Shown piece after piece: positions 50,361-60,253 of a DNA stretch of 64,000 nt; the first letter of the stretch is position 1, and every line of letters starts with the position of its first letter. A program made the translations under genes and the position numbers. The stretch is from contig OZ250153.1 of assembly GCA_965237805.1 (NCBI GenBank), positions 352,001 to 416,000 on the forward strand, given 5' to 3'. The DNA comes from Gammaproteobacteria bacterium (GTDB lineage: Bacteria; Pseudomonadota; Gammaproteobacteria; JABABF01). The notes under the pieces are model-generated. The model was given only the letters and a program-made list of their open reading frames with translations, did no database searches and was not told where the DNA came from.

Positions 50361-51875
50361 TCAGCCTTTTTTGGGTCGGCGGTGGCGGCCAGCAGCCAAA
50401 TCCTTCGCCAGCAACTCGCGGCGCTGCATTTCGTTGTCGATATATTGCAACCACTGCTCGGCAGAGTGTAACTCGGTGGCCAAATCGATGACGCTCTTGG
50501 CATCCTGTTCGCGTTTTGCTATGTAGATTGTCTGGGGCTTTGCCCGCAGCTGCTCCCCGCTATCCTCGCTGACTTCCTCTTCGCTCACCTCCACACCGAT
50601 CTTCTCTAAGGCCTCTATTGCGTTCTGCAATAGTTGCCTGATCTCGGTTTTGGCTGCTTCGACTTGGTCGCGTTGGAACAGCGACATGCCGAGCAATAGC
50701 CGCACCGTGCCGCGCCGCTTCAATTGCTCGTGTTCCAAAGCCTTGCGCGCAGCCCCGCCAGCCAATTCATATTCGTAGTTGCCGTAGTACAAGCGCGCCA
50801 ATTGGGCGGAGATTTCGCCATCCTCCGCCAGCAATGCGGCTCGCTCCAACGCCTCGATCGCCAAATCGTCTTCCCGCGCGCTGCGCCAAGCGCTACCGAG
50901 CAATTTGAGATGCTTGGCCGTGGTCTTAATGCTCTTATCCCTGAGGCCGCGGGCGACCACCAAGGCCGCGCTGTACGGCACATCGGCCGCCAACAGCATA
51001 TAGGCTAAATTCAACTGCATGGCACCCCGATCCAACATATCCTGCTGGTAGGCGGTCCGCATAATCTGTAACTGCTTCTGCTCTTGGCCGAGCTGCCCGA
51101 TCATCGCCCCCCACTGCACCCAATACTCGCGCTTGGGCCAGCGCAGTAGCAATTCGCGCAACACGGCTGCTGTCTCTTTGTATTCCTCGCGCTCATAATG
51201 CAGCGTGCGCAACAACAGATACCACGACTCCTTCGGCTGCTGGCCGCGCTCGCGGGCGAGCGCCATCGCTTGGCGCACATTGCTCAGCGCTGTTCGATAA
51301 GCGCGCAAACGGTAATTGCAGTGCCCCATCAACACATAGGCCTCGGAAGATGGCTCTTCGACAAAATCAAACCACTCCCGCAAATAGCTGCGTGCCCGAG
51401 TGAACTTGCCACGGGAAAACTCTAGCTGAGTCAAGGTGTACAGCGTGTTGAGCTGCATGCCGAGCGGGATGGCCGTCGGGTCGGAGATGACACGGTTGTA
51501 GGCGCGTATGGCATCGGCCTCGCGCTCTTGGGCGTAGTAGATGTAGCCGTAAATGTTGTAGATGCTGGCCAGCTCGTAGCCATTGAGCTTATCGGGGCGA
51601 GCCAAGACGGAATCGAGCACCGCGGCCGCGGCCCAATAGTCCCGATTTGCCTCGATATGTGCCTGCGCAGCCGCCATCTTCTTGTAGATGGCATTGCTCA
51701 TCGCGGGCGTGCGCACGGTCGCCCGTGGCTTTTTCCGCTCCGACGAGTCGCGATATTGCGCCTGCGCCACGATGGGTGCCAGCGCCACGGCCAAGCAAAG
51801 CGGGCTCAGCAGGACAGCCAGCCACCAAGCGGCGACGCGGCGCGATGCGGCGGGAGAGTTAGTCTTCCAATTCAT
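50361..51875 (-). CDS. TonB-cluster TPR repeat protein
   Basis: Signal peptide, multiple TPR helices, 'P..AA', 'A.QW..Y'; downstream of tonB. Confidence 0.8.
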   Translation of the reverse strand: MNWKTNSPAASRRVAAWWLAVLLSPLCLAVALAPIVAQAQYRDSSERKKPRATVRTPAMSNAIYKKMAAAQAHIEANRDYWAAAAVLDSVLARPDKLNGYELASIYNIYGYIYYAQEREADAIRAYNRVISDPTAIPLGMQLNTLYTLTQLEFSRGKFTRARSYLREWFDFVEEPSSEAYVLMGHCNYRLRAYRTALSNVRQAMALARERGQQPKESWYLLLRTLHYEREEYKETAAVLRELLLRWPKREYWVQWGAMIGQLGQEQKQLQIMRTAYQQDMLDRGAMQLNLAYMLLAADVPYSAALVVARGLRDKSIKTTAKHLKLLGSAWRSAREDDLAIEALERAALLAEDGEISAQLARLYYGNYEYELAGGAARKALEHEQLKRRGTVRLLLGMSLFQRDQVEAAKTEIRQLLQNAIEALEKIGVEVSEEEVSEDSGEQLRAKPQTIYIAKREQDAKSVIDLATELHSAEQWLQYIDNEMQRRELLAKDLAAGRHRRPKKG

Positions 51876-52476
51876 AAGTAAACATGTTTTGGACGCCGTT
51901 CACTTCGACCGGCTCGCCATCCACCACCCGCGGCTTATATTTGAATTTCAGCGAGGCGCGCAGCGAGCCGCGCTCGAAGAAGCGGTGGGAGCAGTCCACC
52001 ACCAACGGATCACGCACCGCCCCCGAGTAGGTGACCGTGTATTCAACGATGCAGTAGCCTTGAATGCCGCGACTGCGCGCCGCCGGCGGATACACCGGGG
52101 CAATCTTGACGATCGGCAGGTATTCCCCGTCGCCAGCAAAACCCGCCTGCAAGTTGACATTGGTGTTGAGCGCTGCCAAACCCATATGCAGCACGTTATC
52201 GTTCAGCTCGTGCTGCTGGTCCACAACGGGGTCTGGCGGTGCCAATAGCTCATCGGGCACTTCCTCCGGTCGATCCGGCAATTCGTCGTTGACATTCTCC
52301 GTGATATTGACATCTTCCATGATGATGTCGGCAATGCGCCGCTGTGGACCCAGATCCAAATCCACCGAATCGCGGTGGATCATCAGGTGCATGGCGATGA
52401 ATAGCCCGGCGGTGACCAGTGCCGCGCCAAGCCCAGCCAGCGAGAAGCGCACGATCCCCTTCAGCAAGGAGAGCAT
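51859..52476 (-). CDS. tonB: Energy transducer TonB
   Basis: N-terminal TM; C-terminal 'P.YP..A..RGIQG...V...V...G.V', 'KFKYKP'. Confidence 0.9.
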   Translation of the reverse strand: MLSLLKGIVRFSLAGLGAALVTAGLFIAMHLMIHRDSVDLDLGPQRRIADIIMEDVNITENVNDELPDRPEEVPDELLAPPDPVVDQQHELNDNVLHMGLAALNTNVNLQAGFAGDGEYLPIVKIAPVYPPAARSRGIQGYCIVEYTVTYSGAVRDPLVVDCSHRFFERGSLRASLKFKYKPRVVDGEPVEVNGVQNMFTYELED

Positions 52477-52494
52477 GCGGTGCCCCAGCTGTAC

Positions 52495-52905
52495 TCAATT
52501 ACCCACAGTGGAAAGAATGACATCGTAAATTCCGACAGCGCGTGCGGCATCGATGATGCCAACCACCATCTCTGTATCCGATTTGTTGTCGGCCTGCACC
52601 ACCACACCGCTACTCGGGTTCTCGGCACGCATACGCTCGATGTTGGCGCGCACCGAGCGCAGATCAATGCGCCGGCGGTCGATCCAAATCTCGTTATCGG
52701 CACTGACGGCGATCAAGATTTGCACTTGATCTTGGCGCTGGGCGGTTTCGGCTTCTGGGCGGTTGACATCAATGCCGGTCTCTTTGACAAAGGATGCCGT
52801 CACGATGAAAAAGATCAACATGATAAAAACGACATCGAGCATCGGCGTCAGATCGATCTCGGCATCTCCGGAGCCGGCCGCCCGACTGAGGGGCGAGCGC
52901 CTCAC
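52495..52905 (-). CDS. exbD: Biopolymer transport protein ExbD
   Basis: 'IDLTPMLDVVFIMLIFFIVT.SF', 'VQAD'. Confidence 0.93.
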   Translation of the reverse strand: MRRSPLSRAAGSGDAEIDLTPMLDVVFIMLIFFIVTASFVKETGIDVNRPEAETAQRQDQVQILIAVSADNEIWIDRRRIDLRSVRANIERMRAENPSSGVVVQADNKSDTEMVVGIIDAARAVGIYDVILSTVGN

Positions 52906-53477
52906 CGCGCCAGCTCCGGCGCAATGGCAGCATCCAAACTCAGTGCCGTCTCGGCTTGGGCTTGACGCTTGTCGGCCATGCTCTCTAAGAGCAACAGCAC
53001 AAAGACGCCGGACAGCGCCGCCACCATGCCGGCCATGGTCGGAATCGTGGCGTGAGAGACGCCGCCAGCCATCGCCCGCACATTGCCACCGCCGCTGACC
53101 GCCATCACATGAAACACCTCGATCATGCCGGTGACGGTGCCGAGCAGGCCGAGCAGCGGACACAGCGCCGTCAGCGTGCGGATCATCGGCAGACGAGCGC
53201 GTATGACCTCGCGCAAGCCAGCCAGCGCCGCCAAGCGGTACTGGCGGGCATACCACGAACCGCGCTCAGCGCGCTGCTGCCAATATTGGGCCTCGCTCGA
53301 CATCTGTAGACGCAGGCGGGTGCCACTATAGAAGAGAAAGCGTTCGATGGCCAAATACCACATGGCAAAAACCACGCCGACGATCAACCACAGCACTTGG
53401 CCACCGCGATCCATAAAAGCCCGCAAGGTTTCCAGCCACTCGACCAATTCGGCGAGGATGACGGCCATGGTGAGCAC
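52902..53477 (-). CDS. exbB: MotA/TolQ/ExbB proton channel protein
   Basis: 'CPLLGLLGTVTGMI.VF', 'MA.GVS.ATIPTMAG'. Confidence 0.9.
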   Translation of the reverse strand: MLTMAVILAELVEWLETLRAFMDRGGQVLWLIVGVVFAMWYLAIERFLFYSGTRLRLQMSSEAQYWQQRAERGSWYARQYRLAALAGLREVIRARLPMIRTLTALCPLLGLLGTVTGMIEVFHVMAVSGGGNVRAMAGGVSHATIPTMAGMVAALSGVFVLLLLESMADKRQAQAETALSLDAAIAPELAR

Positions 53478-53487
53478 TGCTGCGGCC

Positions 53488-54933
53488 CTACTCCCGCCCC
53501 GGCATCAATTGTGCCGCCTCGGCGCGCTGGGCGACGATGCCGGTGGCGCGCTCCTCCAGCAAGAACAACAAATAATTGCTACGACTCGACACCAGCGTGT
53601 GCAACAGCACCGTGGGAATGGCCACACACAGGCCGAGCACTGTGGTCACCAGCGCTTGGGAAATACCGCCAGCCATCGCCTTGGGATCGCCCGCGCCGAA
53701 GATGACGATGCCTTGGAAGGTCAAAATCATCCCGGTCACCGTGCCGAGCAAGCCCATCAACGGTGCCACAGCGGCGATGATTTTGAGGAAGCCATGGCCG
53801 GACTCCAGCGGACTGCGCTCGTGCAGAATGGCTTCCGCCAACTTCAGCTCCAACGCTTCTGTGTCCAGATTGCGGGCTTTATCGTAGACCGCCAACAGGC
53901 GTCCCAAGGGGTTGGTGATCATAATTTGATCGGACTTCAGCTGGCGCCGCACACCGCGCCGCACATGGCCCAAGTAGAACAGGCGCCACAGGGCGAGCAA
54001 CAGGGCAAAGCCACCCAGCGCAGTGATCAGGTAGCCGATGATGCCACCTTGGCTATGGCGCTCGCGCAGCGTCGGAGCATCGATCAGTGAGGCCAGCAGT
54101 GAGCCGCCAGTGGGGCCGGTGGGGTCCACAGCAAAAGCGCGAAACGCTCCTCGCTTCACCTTGCCATCAAATAGCGTCCTAGCCCAGTTACCAAAGGGAC
54201 CTGCTGGCTGGCGCGGCAACTCTTCCAGCGACTCACTGCCCGGTATGACGGCCAGGTATTTGCCCGACTCGTCCACCACATTGAACACGCCGACCCGAGC
54301 GACACTGCGCTTGTCCTTGGTGCCATCAGGTGCCGTCACCGTCGCTGAGAACAGCACCACTTGGCCAGCTGCAGTCATCTCGCGCTGCAACTCGAACCAC
54401 AAACGCTCCATCTCGTCGATACTGGGCAAGCGGTCGCCAGCATCGAGTTTGCTGACCCACTGATCCAAGAATGTCAAGCGCCCGGTGTACTGAGCGCTGG
54501 CTGGCGAGGTTTCAATATTGCCGCGCAAATCGCTGGCGGCGACTTGCAGATGCCCGAATAGCTCGGTCAGGGAGCCGAGTGCCTCGCGCAGTTGCAGCTG
54601 CTTTTCGCCAATTTTCTGGCGGTTGGCCTCGAAGACCTTCTCCAAGCGCAGGCTGCGCTCCTCCTCCAGCGCCAACTCGCGCTCGGTCTGACGCAACAGC
54701 GCCTCGCGCTGATCACGATTTTTGCGGAAGCGCGCTTCGCGTTGGCGGTTCAGACGAGATTCAGCTGTGAGCCCTTGCTGCATCTGGATCAACAGCTCTT
54801 CCAAGCTCTGCGCTTGCTGCTCTTGACCCTGCTGTTGTGCCTGCGCCATAGCGCTCGGCCCCAGCGTCGACAGGGCCATGCCCAATGCGAGCAGGACATA
54901 GAGGGCGGCACCCATGATGCTGCGCACTTTCAT
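53488..54933 (-). CDS. Long MotA/TolQ/ExbB-family protein (TtpC-like)
   Basis: Periplasmic coiled coil ('G.L.ELFG', 'RVG.FN') plus 'APLMGLLGTVTGMI.TF', 'GDPK.MAGGISQALVTT'. Confidence 0.88.
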   Translation of the reverse strand: MKVRSIMGAALYVLLALGMALSTLGPSAMAQAQQQGQEQQAQSLEELLIQMQQGLTAESRLNRQREARFRKNRDQREALLRQTERELALEEERSLRLEKVFEANRQKIGEKQLQLREALGSLTELFGHLQVAASDLRGNIETSPASAQYTGRLTFLDQWVSKLDAGDRLPSIDEMERLWFELQREMTAAGQVVLFSATVTAPDGTKDKRSVARVGVFNVVDESGKYLAVIPGSESLEELPRQPAGPFGNWARTLFDGKVKRGAFRAFAVDPTGPTGGSLLASLIDAPTLRERHSQGGIIGYLITALGGFALLLALWRLFYLGHVRRGVRRQLKSDQIMITNPLGRLLAVYDKARNLDTEALELKLAEAILHERSPLESGHGFLKIIAAVAPLMGLLGTVTGMILTFQGIVIFGAGDPKAMAGGISQALVTTVLGLCVAIPTVLLHTLVSSRSNYLLFLLEERATGIVAQRAEAAQLMPGRE

Positions 54934-55724
54934 CGCAGTCCCCTCGCCAACGGCACCTTCATCAACTCGATAGCCGCCTGTTTGCGCGCGATGCGCAAAC
55001 CGCGGCTCAAGGCACCGCGCCAGACCGGAATCGCCAGCGGCACCCACGCCTTGGTATCGGTATCCCAAGTGCCGACACGCTCGCCATCAGTAGTCTGGTA
55101 GAGCAAGGAAATACGACCGATGCGCAACACATTGATCTCGCGCGCAACCCCGTCTATCTGTGCTTCGGTGCGGTAGTTGTCGATCTTGCGGCCATATTCC
55201 AATTCGATGGAATATGCCTCGAGAATCTGGCGGAACTTCTCCGCCTCGCTGAGATCATCGCGGCCGAGGTTGTTGCGCAACAGCGTGATGCGCTGGCGGC
55301 GCTCATTGAGATGGAAAGGCAAGTCGAGCTCGATGAAGCGAGCCAAGCCTTCGACCATGCGTGTGCCAAGACCGGGAATTTGGCGCTGCACTGCCACCGC
55401 ATCGCGTATCGATTTTTCCAAGTCGATCAAGCGCTGCCGCTGGCGTTTGATCTGCTGCTCTAAGCGCCCGTTGTAGCTCCGCAAGCCCTCCAGTTCCTTG
55501 AGCATCCGGCGGTAGTCACGGAAGTGCTGTTGCGCGCTGTTGGCCAATTGGTCGACGCGCTTTTGCGAGCTTTGGCCGTTCTTGGTTTGCACTTGGGCAA
55601 CCCGCAACACATCGTCGAGGGTGTCGGCACGCGCCACTGGCGCAGCTGGCAAAGCCAGTAAAAATAACAACAGGAAAGTGCAGGCAGCACTGTGAGACTG
55701 CCAATCATTTCTGAAAAATCGCAC
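54930..55724 (-). CDS. DUF3450 family protein (TonB cluster); start approximate
   Basis: Signal peptide, 'SQ.RVD', 'FI.LDLPF...ER..R', 'EKFR..LEAY.IE..YGR', 'LR.GR..L.YQ'. Confidence 0.85.
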   Translation of the reverse strand: MRFFRNDWQSHSAACTFLLLFLLALPAAPVARADTLDDVLRVAQVQTKNGQSSQKRVDQLANSAQQHFRDYRRMLKELEGLRSYNGRLEQQIKRQRQRLIDLEKSIRDAVAVQRQIPGLGTRMVEGLARFIELDLPFHLNERRQRITLLRNNLGRDDLSEAEKFRQILEAYSIELEYGRKIDNYRTEAQIDGVAREINVLRIGRISLLYQTTDGERVGTWDTDTKAWVPLAIPVWRGALSRGLRIARKQAAIELMKVPLARGLR

Positions 55725-55808
55725 AGGGACAACCCCAGAGCTCACAGAAGACCACTCAATTGTAGCACTGGCGGACAAAGCCCTAAGCAGCGGGATAGAC
55801 CCGCTGGG

Positions 55809-56327
55809 CTAGGCCGCTCGCTCAAAGACACGGAAAAGGCTGGGATGATCATCGCCATCGCCCGCATCCTGCGCCGATCGTTCGACCTCGCACCACCGAT
55901 CGAAATCGATGTGCGGCATCCAGCGGTCGCCTGGCGGAGAACTCAATACTTCAGTCAGATAGATGCGATGGCTCAATGGCAGAGCCTCCTCGAACACCCG
56001 GGCACCGCCGATCACCGCGATCTCCAGCGCCGCGGAGCGCCGCGCGCTGTCGGTGGCCAACTCCAGTGCCTGCTCCAGCGACGGCGCGCAACGCACACCG
56101 CGCACCGCGCAGCGGCGACTGCAGATGACGATGTTGTCACGCCCCGGCAAGGCACGCCCGATGCTCTCGCAAGTGCCCCGCCCCATCACCAGCGGCTTCG
56201 CCATCGTCAGCCGACGGAAGCGGCGCAGGTCGGAGGCCAAATGCCAAGGCAATTTACCTCGATTGCCGATGACGCGGTTACTGGCCATCGCCGCCACCAG
56301 CGCGACGGGAATCGCGGGCAGGCTCAT
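55809..56327 (-). CDS. folA: Dihydrofolate reductase
   Basis: 'A...NRVIG..G.LPWHL..DL..F...T..KP.VMGR.T.ESIGR.LPGR.NIV', 'VIGG'. Confidence 0.93.
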   Translation of the reverse strand: MSLPAIPVALVAAMASNRVIGNRGKLPWHLASDLRRFRRLTMAKPLVMGRGTCESIGRALPGRDNIVICSRRCAVRGVRCAPSLEQALELATDSARRSAALEIAVIGGARVFEEALPLSHRIYLTEVLSSPPGDRWMPHIDFDRWCEVERSAQDAGDGDDHPSLFRVFERAA

Positions 56328-57292
56328 CAGACTGCCACCGGAGCGGCGATATGCGGGTGTGGCCGGTAGCGGCGCAGATTGATATGCCGATCCCACCAAG
56401 GCTGGCTGCCATAGGCGCGCCGCTTGGGCTGCCCATTGGGCTGCTCGATGCCCGCTAACGGCAGATCTAATTGCAGCTCCCGGCGCATGACGATCTTCTC
56501 CCCACGCCTGAGATCCTTGGGCGGTGGGATCGGGTCGGGCAGTTTGGGTTTGGCGCTTAGGGGGGCGAGGAAGTACGCGCAGATCTCATCGCTCAGCTGC
56601 AATTCTGGCAACGGACGCGGTTTGCGCCCCAGCTGAGTGCGGGCCTGCTCCACATGGTTGTCGTACAGATGTACATCCCCCAGCGAGATGACAAAATCGC
56701 CCGGTGCGAGACCGGTCAAACGCGCCATCATCATCGTCAGCAAGGAATAGGAAGCAATGTTGAAAGGCAGGCCGAGGAAGATGTCGGCACTGCGCTGGTA
56801 GAGCTGGCAGGACAAGCGCCCATCGGCGACATAGAACTGGAACAGCAGGTGGCATGGCGGCAGGGCCATGCGTGGCAGGTCACCGACATTCCAAGCGCTG
56901 ACGATCAGGCGCCGCGAACTGGGATCGTGGCGAATCGCTTCGAGTACCGACCAGATCTGATCGTGTGGGGCCGCCTCAGGATGGGTGCGCCAAGTGCGCC
57001 ATTGGGCACCGTAAACCGGCCCCAAATCGCCACCGTCATCGGCCCATTCATTCCAAATACGCACCCCATGCTGCTGCAAATAATGGACATTGGTTTCGCC
57101 GCGCAGGAACCATGCCAGTTCATAGACCACCGACCGGAAGTGCAGCTTCTTGGTGGTCAGCAACGGCAAGCCCTCGCTGAGGGAGAAGCGCAATTGACGC
57201 CCGAAGATGCTGCGCGTACCGGTGCCGGTGCGGTCGGCACGTGCCACACCACTCTCCAACACCTCACGCATCAGTTCCAGATATTGTCGCAA
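56327..57292 (-). CDS. thyA: Thymidylate synthase with C-terminal insertion
   Basis: 'DRTGTGT', 'PLLTTKK', 'LGPVYG.QWR', 'SRR.IVSAWN', 'MALPPCH', 'YQRSAD...GLPFNIASY', ends 'HP.I.APVAV'. Confidence 0.95.
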   Translation of the reverse strand: MRQYLELMREVLESGVARADRTGTGTRSIFGRQLRFSLSEGLPLLTTKKLHFRSVVYELAWFLRGETNVHYLQQHGVRIWNEWADDGGDLGPVYGAQWRTWRTHPEAAPHDQIWSVLEAIRHDPSSRRLIVSAWNVGDLPRMALPPCHLLFQFYVADGRLSCQLYQRSADIFLGLPFNIASYSLLTMMMARLTGLAPGDFVISLGDVHLYDNHVEQARTQLGRKPRPLPELQLSDEICAYFLAPLSAKPKLPDPIPPPKDLRRGEKIVMRRELQLDLPLAGIEQPNGQPKRRAYGSQPWWDRHINLRRYRPHPHIAAPVAV

Positions 57293-57301
57293 GATACCCC
57301 C

Positions 57302-58915
57302 TCAGGCACTCGGCAAACGCGGCCTGTGCAAACGCCACAGGACGGCGAGGCCGGCCGCCACCATCAGCATAGAGAGCAGCTGCCCCCGACTCATCCAGCC
57401 GAAGAAATCGAAGCCGATGTGGGCGTCGGGTTCACGGTAGAACTCCACCGCGAAACGCAAGCTGCCGTAGCCGATCATAAAGAGTGCTGTCACCGAGCCA
57501 GCAACCGGCCGCCGCGCTGCCCAGAAGCGCAACAGCACGAAAAGCAATAGCCCCTCCAGCAAGGCCTCGTAGAGCGGCGATGGATGGCGCGCCAAGCCCA
57601 GCGCGTCGCGCTCGAAGACCACCCCCCACGCCCCGCCGGTGGGCCGCCCCCACAGTTCTTGGTTGATGAAGTTGCCGATGCGGCCCAAAAACAACCCCAG
57701 CGGCGCAACTTGAGCCAAGATGTCCAACAGGCGCAAATAGTCGACTCCATGGCGGCGGCTGTAGAGGAAAGCACCGAGCACAACACCGATCAGACCGCCA
57801 TGAAAAGACATGCCGCCAGTGTGGATGGCGAATAGCCACAGCGGATCGCCCAAGAAATGCTCGAAGCCATAGAACAGCACATAGCCGACGCGACCGCCGA
57901 TGACAACACCACCGATGAGCCACAGTAAGGCGTCTTCGATCTGTCCAGGACGCAGCGGCGAGCCTGGCTGGCGACTGTAGTAACGCTCGATCAACCACCA
58001 AGCCAGCATGAAGGATAGGCCATACATCAGCCCGTACCAGTGCACTTGCAGCGGTCCTAAGCGCAAAGCCACCGGATCGATGATGCGGTAATACCACGGC
58101 CCCGGGGGCAACAGCTGCCACAGCTGCGCGCCGACTACGCCCAACAGCAACGAAGCGAATAACACGCGCAGCAACCAGCCGGGCAGGCGGTGCGCGAGCG
58201 CGACACCGAGCGGTGCGGCGATCAGGCCACCCAGCGCCAACCCCACCACCGCTGGCAGGTAGACAAAACCGATGCTGCCAGACGGCGGCGATGTTTGCAT
58301 TGTCCCCAGCCCGACCAGGCTGTAGCCGATGGTGCCGCCGATCGCGATGAACAGCCCGCAGGCGGCAGATGCGGCAACTGCGCGCTGCATCTCGTAGCGG
58401 CGCCAGTGCAGATAGGGCACCGTCAACGAGCCGCCGCCGATACCGGCAAAAGCCGCCAAAAAACCGATAGCTGCGCCGACGATGGGACGCTCAGCGCGGC
58501 GCGGCGCGGTGGCGGCGGCAGCGGCCTGACGGCGGTCGAGCAGCAAACTGCCAGCCAAGATGGCGAGCAGCAGCAAGGTGATGGTGCGCAAGGCTCCGGC
58601 ATCCAGTTGGGCGGCCACCACGCTGCCAGCCACCACGCCCACCGCCATCGCCGGACCCAGCTCGCGCACTGCACACCAATCCACCGCAGCGCGACGGTGA
58701 TGTGCCACGGTGGCTGCCAAAGCGCTGACGGCGATCGCCGTCAGTGAGGTGCCCAAGGCCATATGTGGCAACCACTCCTCGGGGAAATCCAGCACGGCAA
58801 AGTTGATCAACAGAAAGGGCACGATGATGATGCCGCCGCCGATACCGAACAGGCCGCCGCCCAGACCGGCCAGCGCCCCCACCACCGGGTACCACCAAAG
58901 TGCTAGCCAATCCAT
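57302..58915 (-). CDS. lgt: Fused TauE/SafE (TSUP) transporter - prolipoprotein diacylglyceryl transferase
   Basis: N-half 'GLFGIGGG.IIVP', 'GIGGG...VP.L'; C-half 'DPVA..LGPL.VHWYGLMY', 'GGMSFHGG', 'GRIGNFIN.ELWGR', 'RHPS.LYE'; no intervening stop. Confidence 0.88.
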   Translation of the reverse strand: MDWLALWWYPVVGALAGLGGGLFGIGGGIIIVPFLLINFAVLDFPEEWLPHMALGTSLTAIAVSALAATVAHHRRAAVDWCAVRELGPAMAVGVVAGSVVAAQLDAGALRTITLLLLAILAGSLLLDRRQAAAAATAPRRAERPIVGAAIGFLAAFAGIGGGSLTVPYLHWRRYEMQRAVAASAACGLFIAIGGTIGYSLVGLGTMQTSPPSGSIGFVYLPAVVGLALGGLIAAPLGVALAHRLPGWLLRVLFASLLLGVVGAQLWQLLPPGPWYYRIIDPVALRLGPLQVHWYGLMYGLSFMLAWWLIERYYSRQPGSPLRPGQIEDALLWLIGGVVIGGRVGYVLFYGFEHFLGDPLWLFAIHTGGMSFHGGLIGVVLGAFLYSRRHGVDYLRLLDILAQVAPLGLFLGRIGNFINQELWGRPTGGAWGVVFERDALGLARHPSPLYEALLEGLLLFVLLRFWAARRPVAGSVTALFMIGYGSLRFAVEFYREPDAHIGFDFFGWMSRGQLLSMLMVAAGLAVLWRLHRPRLPSA

Positions 58916-59466
58916 CAGCCGAGCGCCTCTGTGGCGCTCGGTAGAGAGCTGTGTCCGGTGCGGCACAGCGCATTGTGTGCCGGGCACAAATCGCTCAGTA
59001 CAGCGCGATAGACCGTGCGCTTGAAGTCGACAATGCAGTGCAGTGGATACCAGTAGCTAACCCAGCGCCAAGCATCGAACTCCGGCTTGGCCACCGCTGT
59101 GGGTCGCACCAAATGATCGCTGTCGCCACCGCCGCGCAACTGCAATAAAAACCAACGCTGACGCTGACCGCGAAAGGGGAGCAAGGGATTGCGCCGCCAC
59201 ACCGGCACCTCATAGCTGAACCATTCACTGGCGACGGCGACGAGGCGCAACATCTGGCGCTCCAACGCCAACTCCTCTGCCAACTCGCGCCACAAAGCTT
59301 GTTCTGGACTCTCAGCGCGGTCGATACCGCCCTGGGGAAACTGCCAGAGCTGCGCGCCATCACGATGCAGCGTACTGCGGCGGCGGCAGAGCAAGACCCG
59401 GCCGCCACCATCGGCGATCACCGCCGCCACATTGGGTCGTAAACCCCAGCGCTTGGCCTCACTCAT
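58915..59466 (-). CDS. rppH: RNA pyrophosphohydrolase
   Basis: 'RPNV', Nudix box 'WQFPQGGI...ESPEQAL.REL.EE', 'GQ.Q.WFLL', 'PEFD.WRWVSYWYP', 'V.FKR.VY'. Confidence 0.93.
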   Translation of the reverse strand: MSEAKRWGLRPNVAAVIADGGGRVLLCRRRSTLHRDGAQLWQFPQGGIDRAESPEQALWRELAEELALERQMLRLVAVASEWFSYEVPVWRRNPLLPFRGQRQRWFLLQLRGGGDSDHLVRPTAVAKPEFDAWRWVSYWYPLHCIVDFKRTVYRAVLSDLCPAHNALCRTGHSSLPSATEALG

Positions 59467-59546
59467 CCCAACCGTCTCGGTGCTGCGTGTCCAGCATGAC
59501 ATTACATTATGATTGTCGCCATTCTACGCCCCCGGCGACCACCCCT

Positions 59547-60209
59547 GTGCGCACCATCGCCATATTCGATCTGGACAACACGCTGCTGGCTGGCGACAGC
59601 GACTTTCTGTGGGGAGAGTTCTTGGCCGAGCACGGCTTGGTGGACGCTGCATGGCGTGAGCGCAATGCGTCATTCTTCGATGATTACCAAAAACACCGGC
59701 TCGACGAACAGGCCTATCTGCGCTTCAGCTTGGACACACTGCGCCAGCGCTCGATCAGCGCTTGGCAAGCTTGGCGCCAACGTTTTCTCAGCGAGCGCAT
59801 CCGGCCAATTATCGCGCCGGGTAGCCGGGACTTGATCGCATACCACCGCCGTTGTGGCCACCTGCTCGTCATCGCCACCAGCACCAACCGCTTTGTGACC
59901 GAGCCCATCGCCGCGCAGTTCGGCATCGACCATCTGATCGCCACCGAATTCACCGTGCACGGCGGCAAGTTCAGTGGGCTGTCGCGCAGCGGGGGCTGTA
60001 TCGGAGCGGCCAAATTACGCCAGCTGAATCGCTGGCTCAGACGGCGGCGACTGTTGCTGGCACGCAGCTTCGCCTATAGTGATTCAGCGGTCGACCTACC
60101 CTTGCTGGCGGCGGTCGATGTGCCGGTGGCGGTAGATCCAGAACCGCGGCTCGCACTTGCGGCGAGACGCCGCGGCTGGGCGGTGATCAGCTTGCGCGAT
60201 AGCTCCTGA
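59547..60209 (+). CDS. HAD-IB family hydrolase
   Basis: 'IFDLDNTLLAGDSD.LWG', 'AYSDS..DLPLL..V..PVAVDP'; divergent from rppH. Confidence 0.9.
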   Translation: MRTIAIFDLDNTLLAGDSDFLWGEFLAEHGLVDAAWRERNASFFDDYQKHRLDEQAYLRFSLDTLRQRSISAWQAWRQRFLSERIRPIIAPGSRDLIAYHRRCGHLLVIATSTNRFVTEPIAAQFGIDHLIATEFTVHGGKFSGLSRSGGCIGAAKLRQLNRWLRRRRLLLARSFAYSDSAVDLPLLAAVDVPVAVDPEPRLALAARRRGWAVISLRDSS

Positions 60210-60253
60210 CACAGTACCGAAGACAACAATCTCAATCGATATCAGGAGACGAT

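Noticed and set aside
50590-56520. Shared 10-mer CGATCTTCTC in the ThyA and TPR insertions as evidence of a palindromic mobile repeat
   Set aside because: The similarity does not extend, and neither insert is palindromic.
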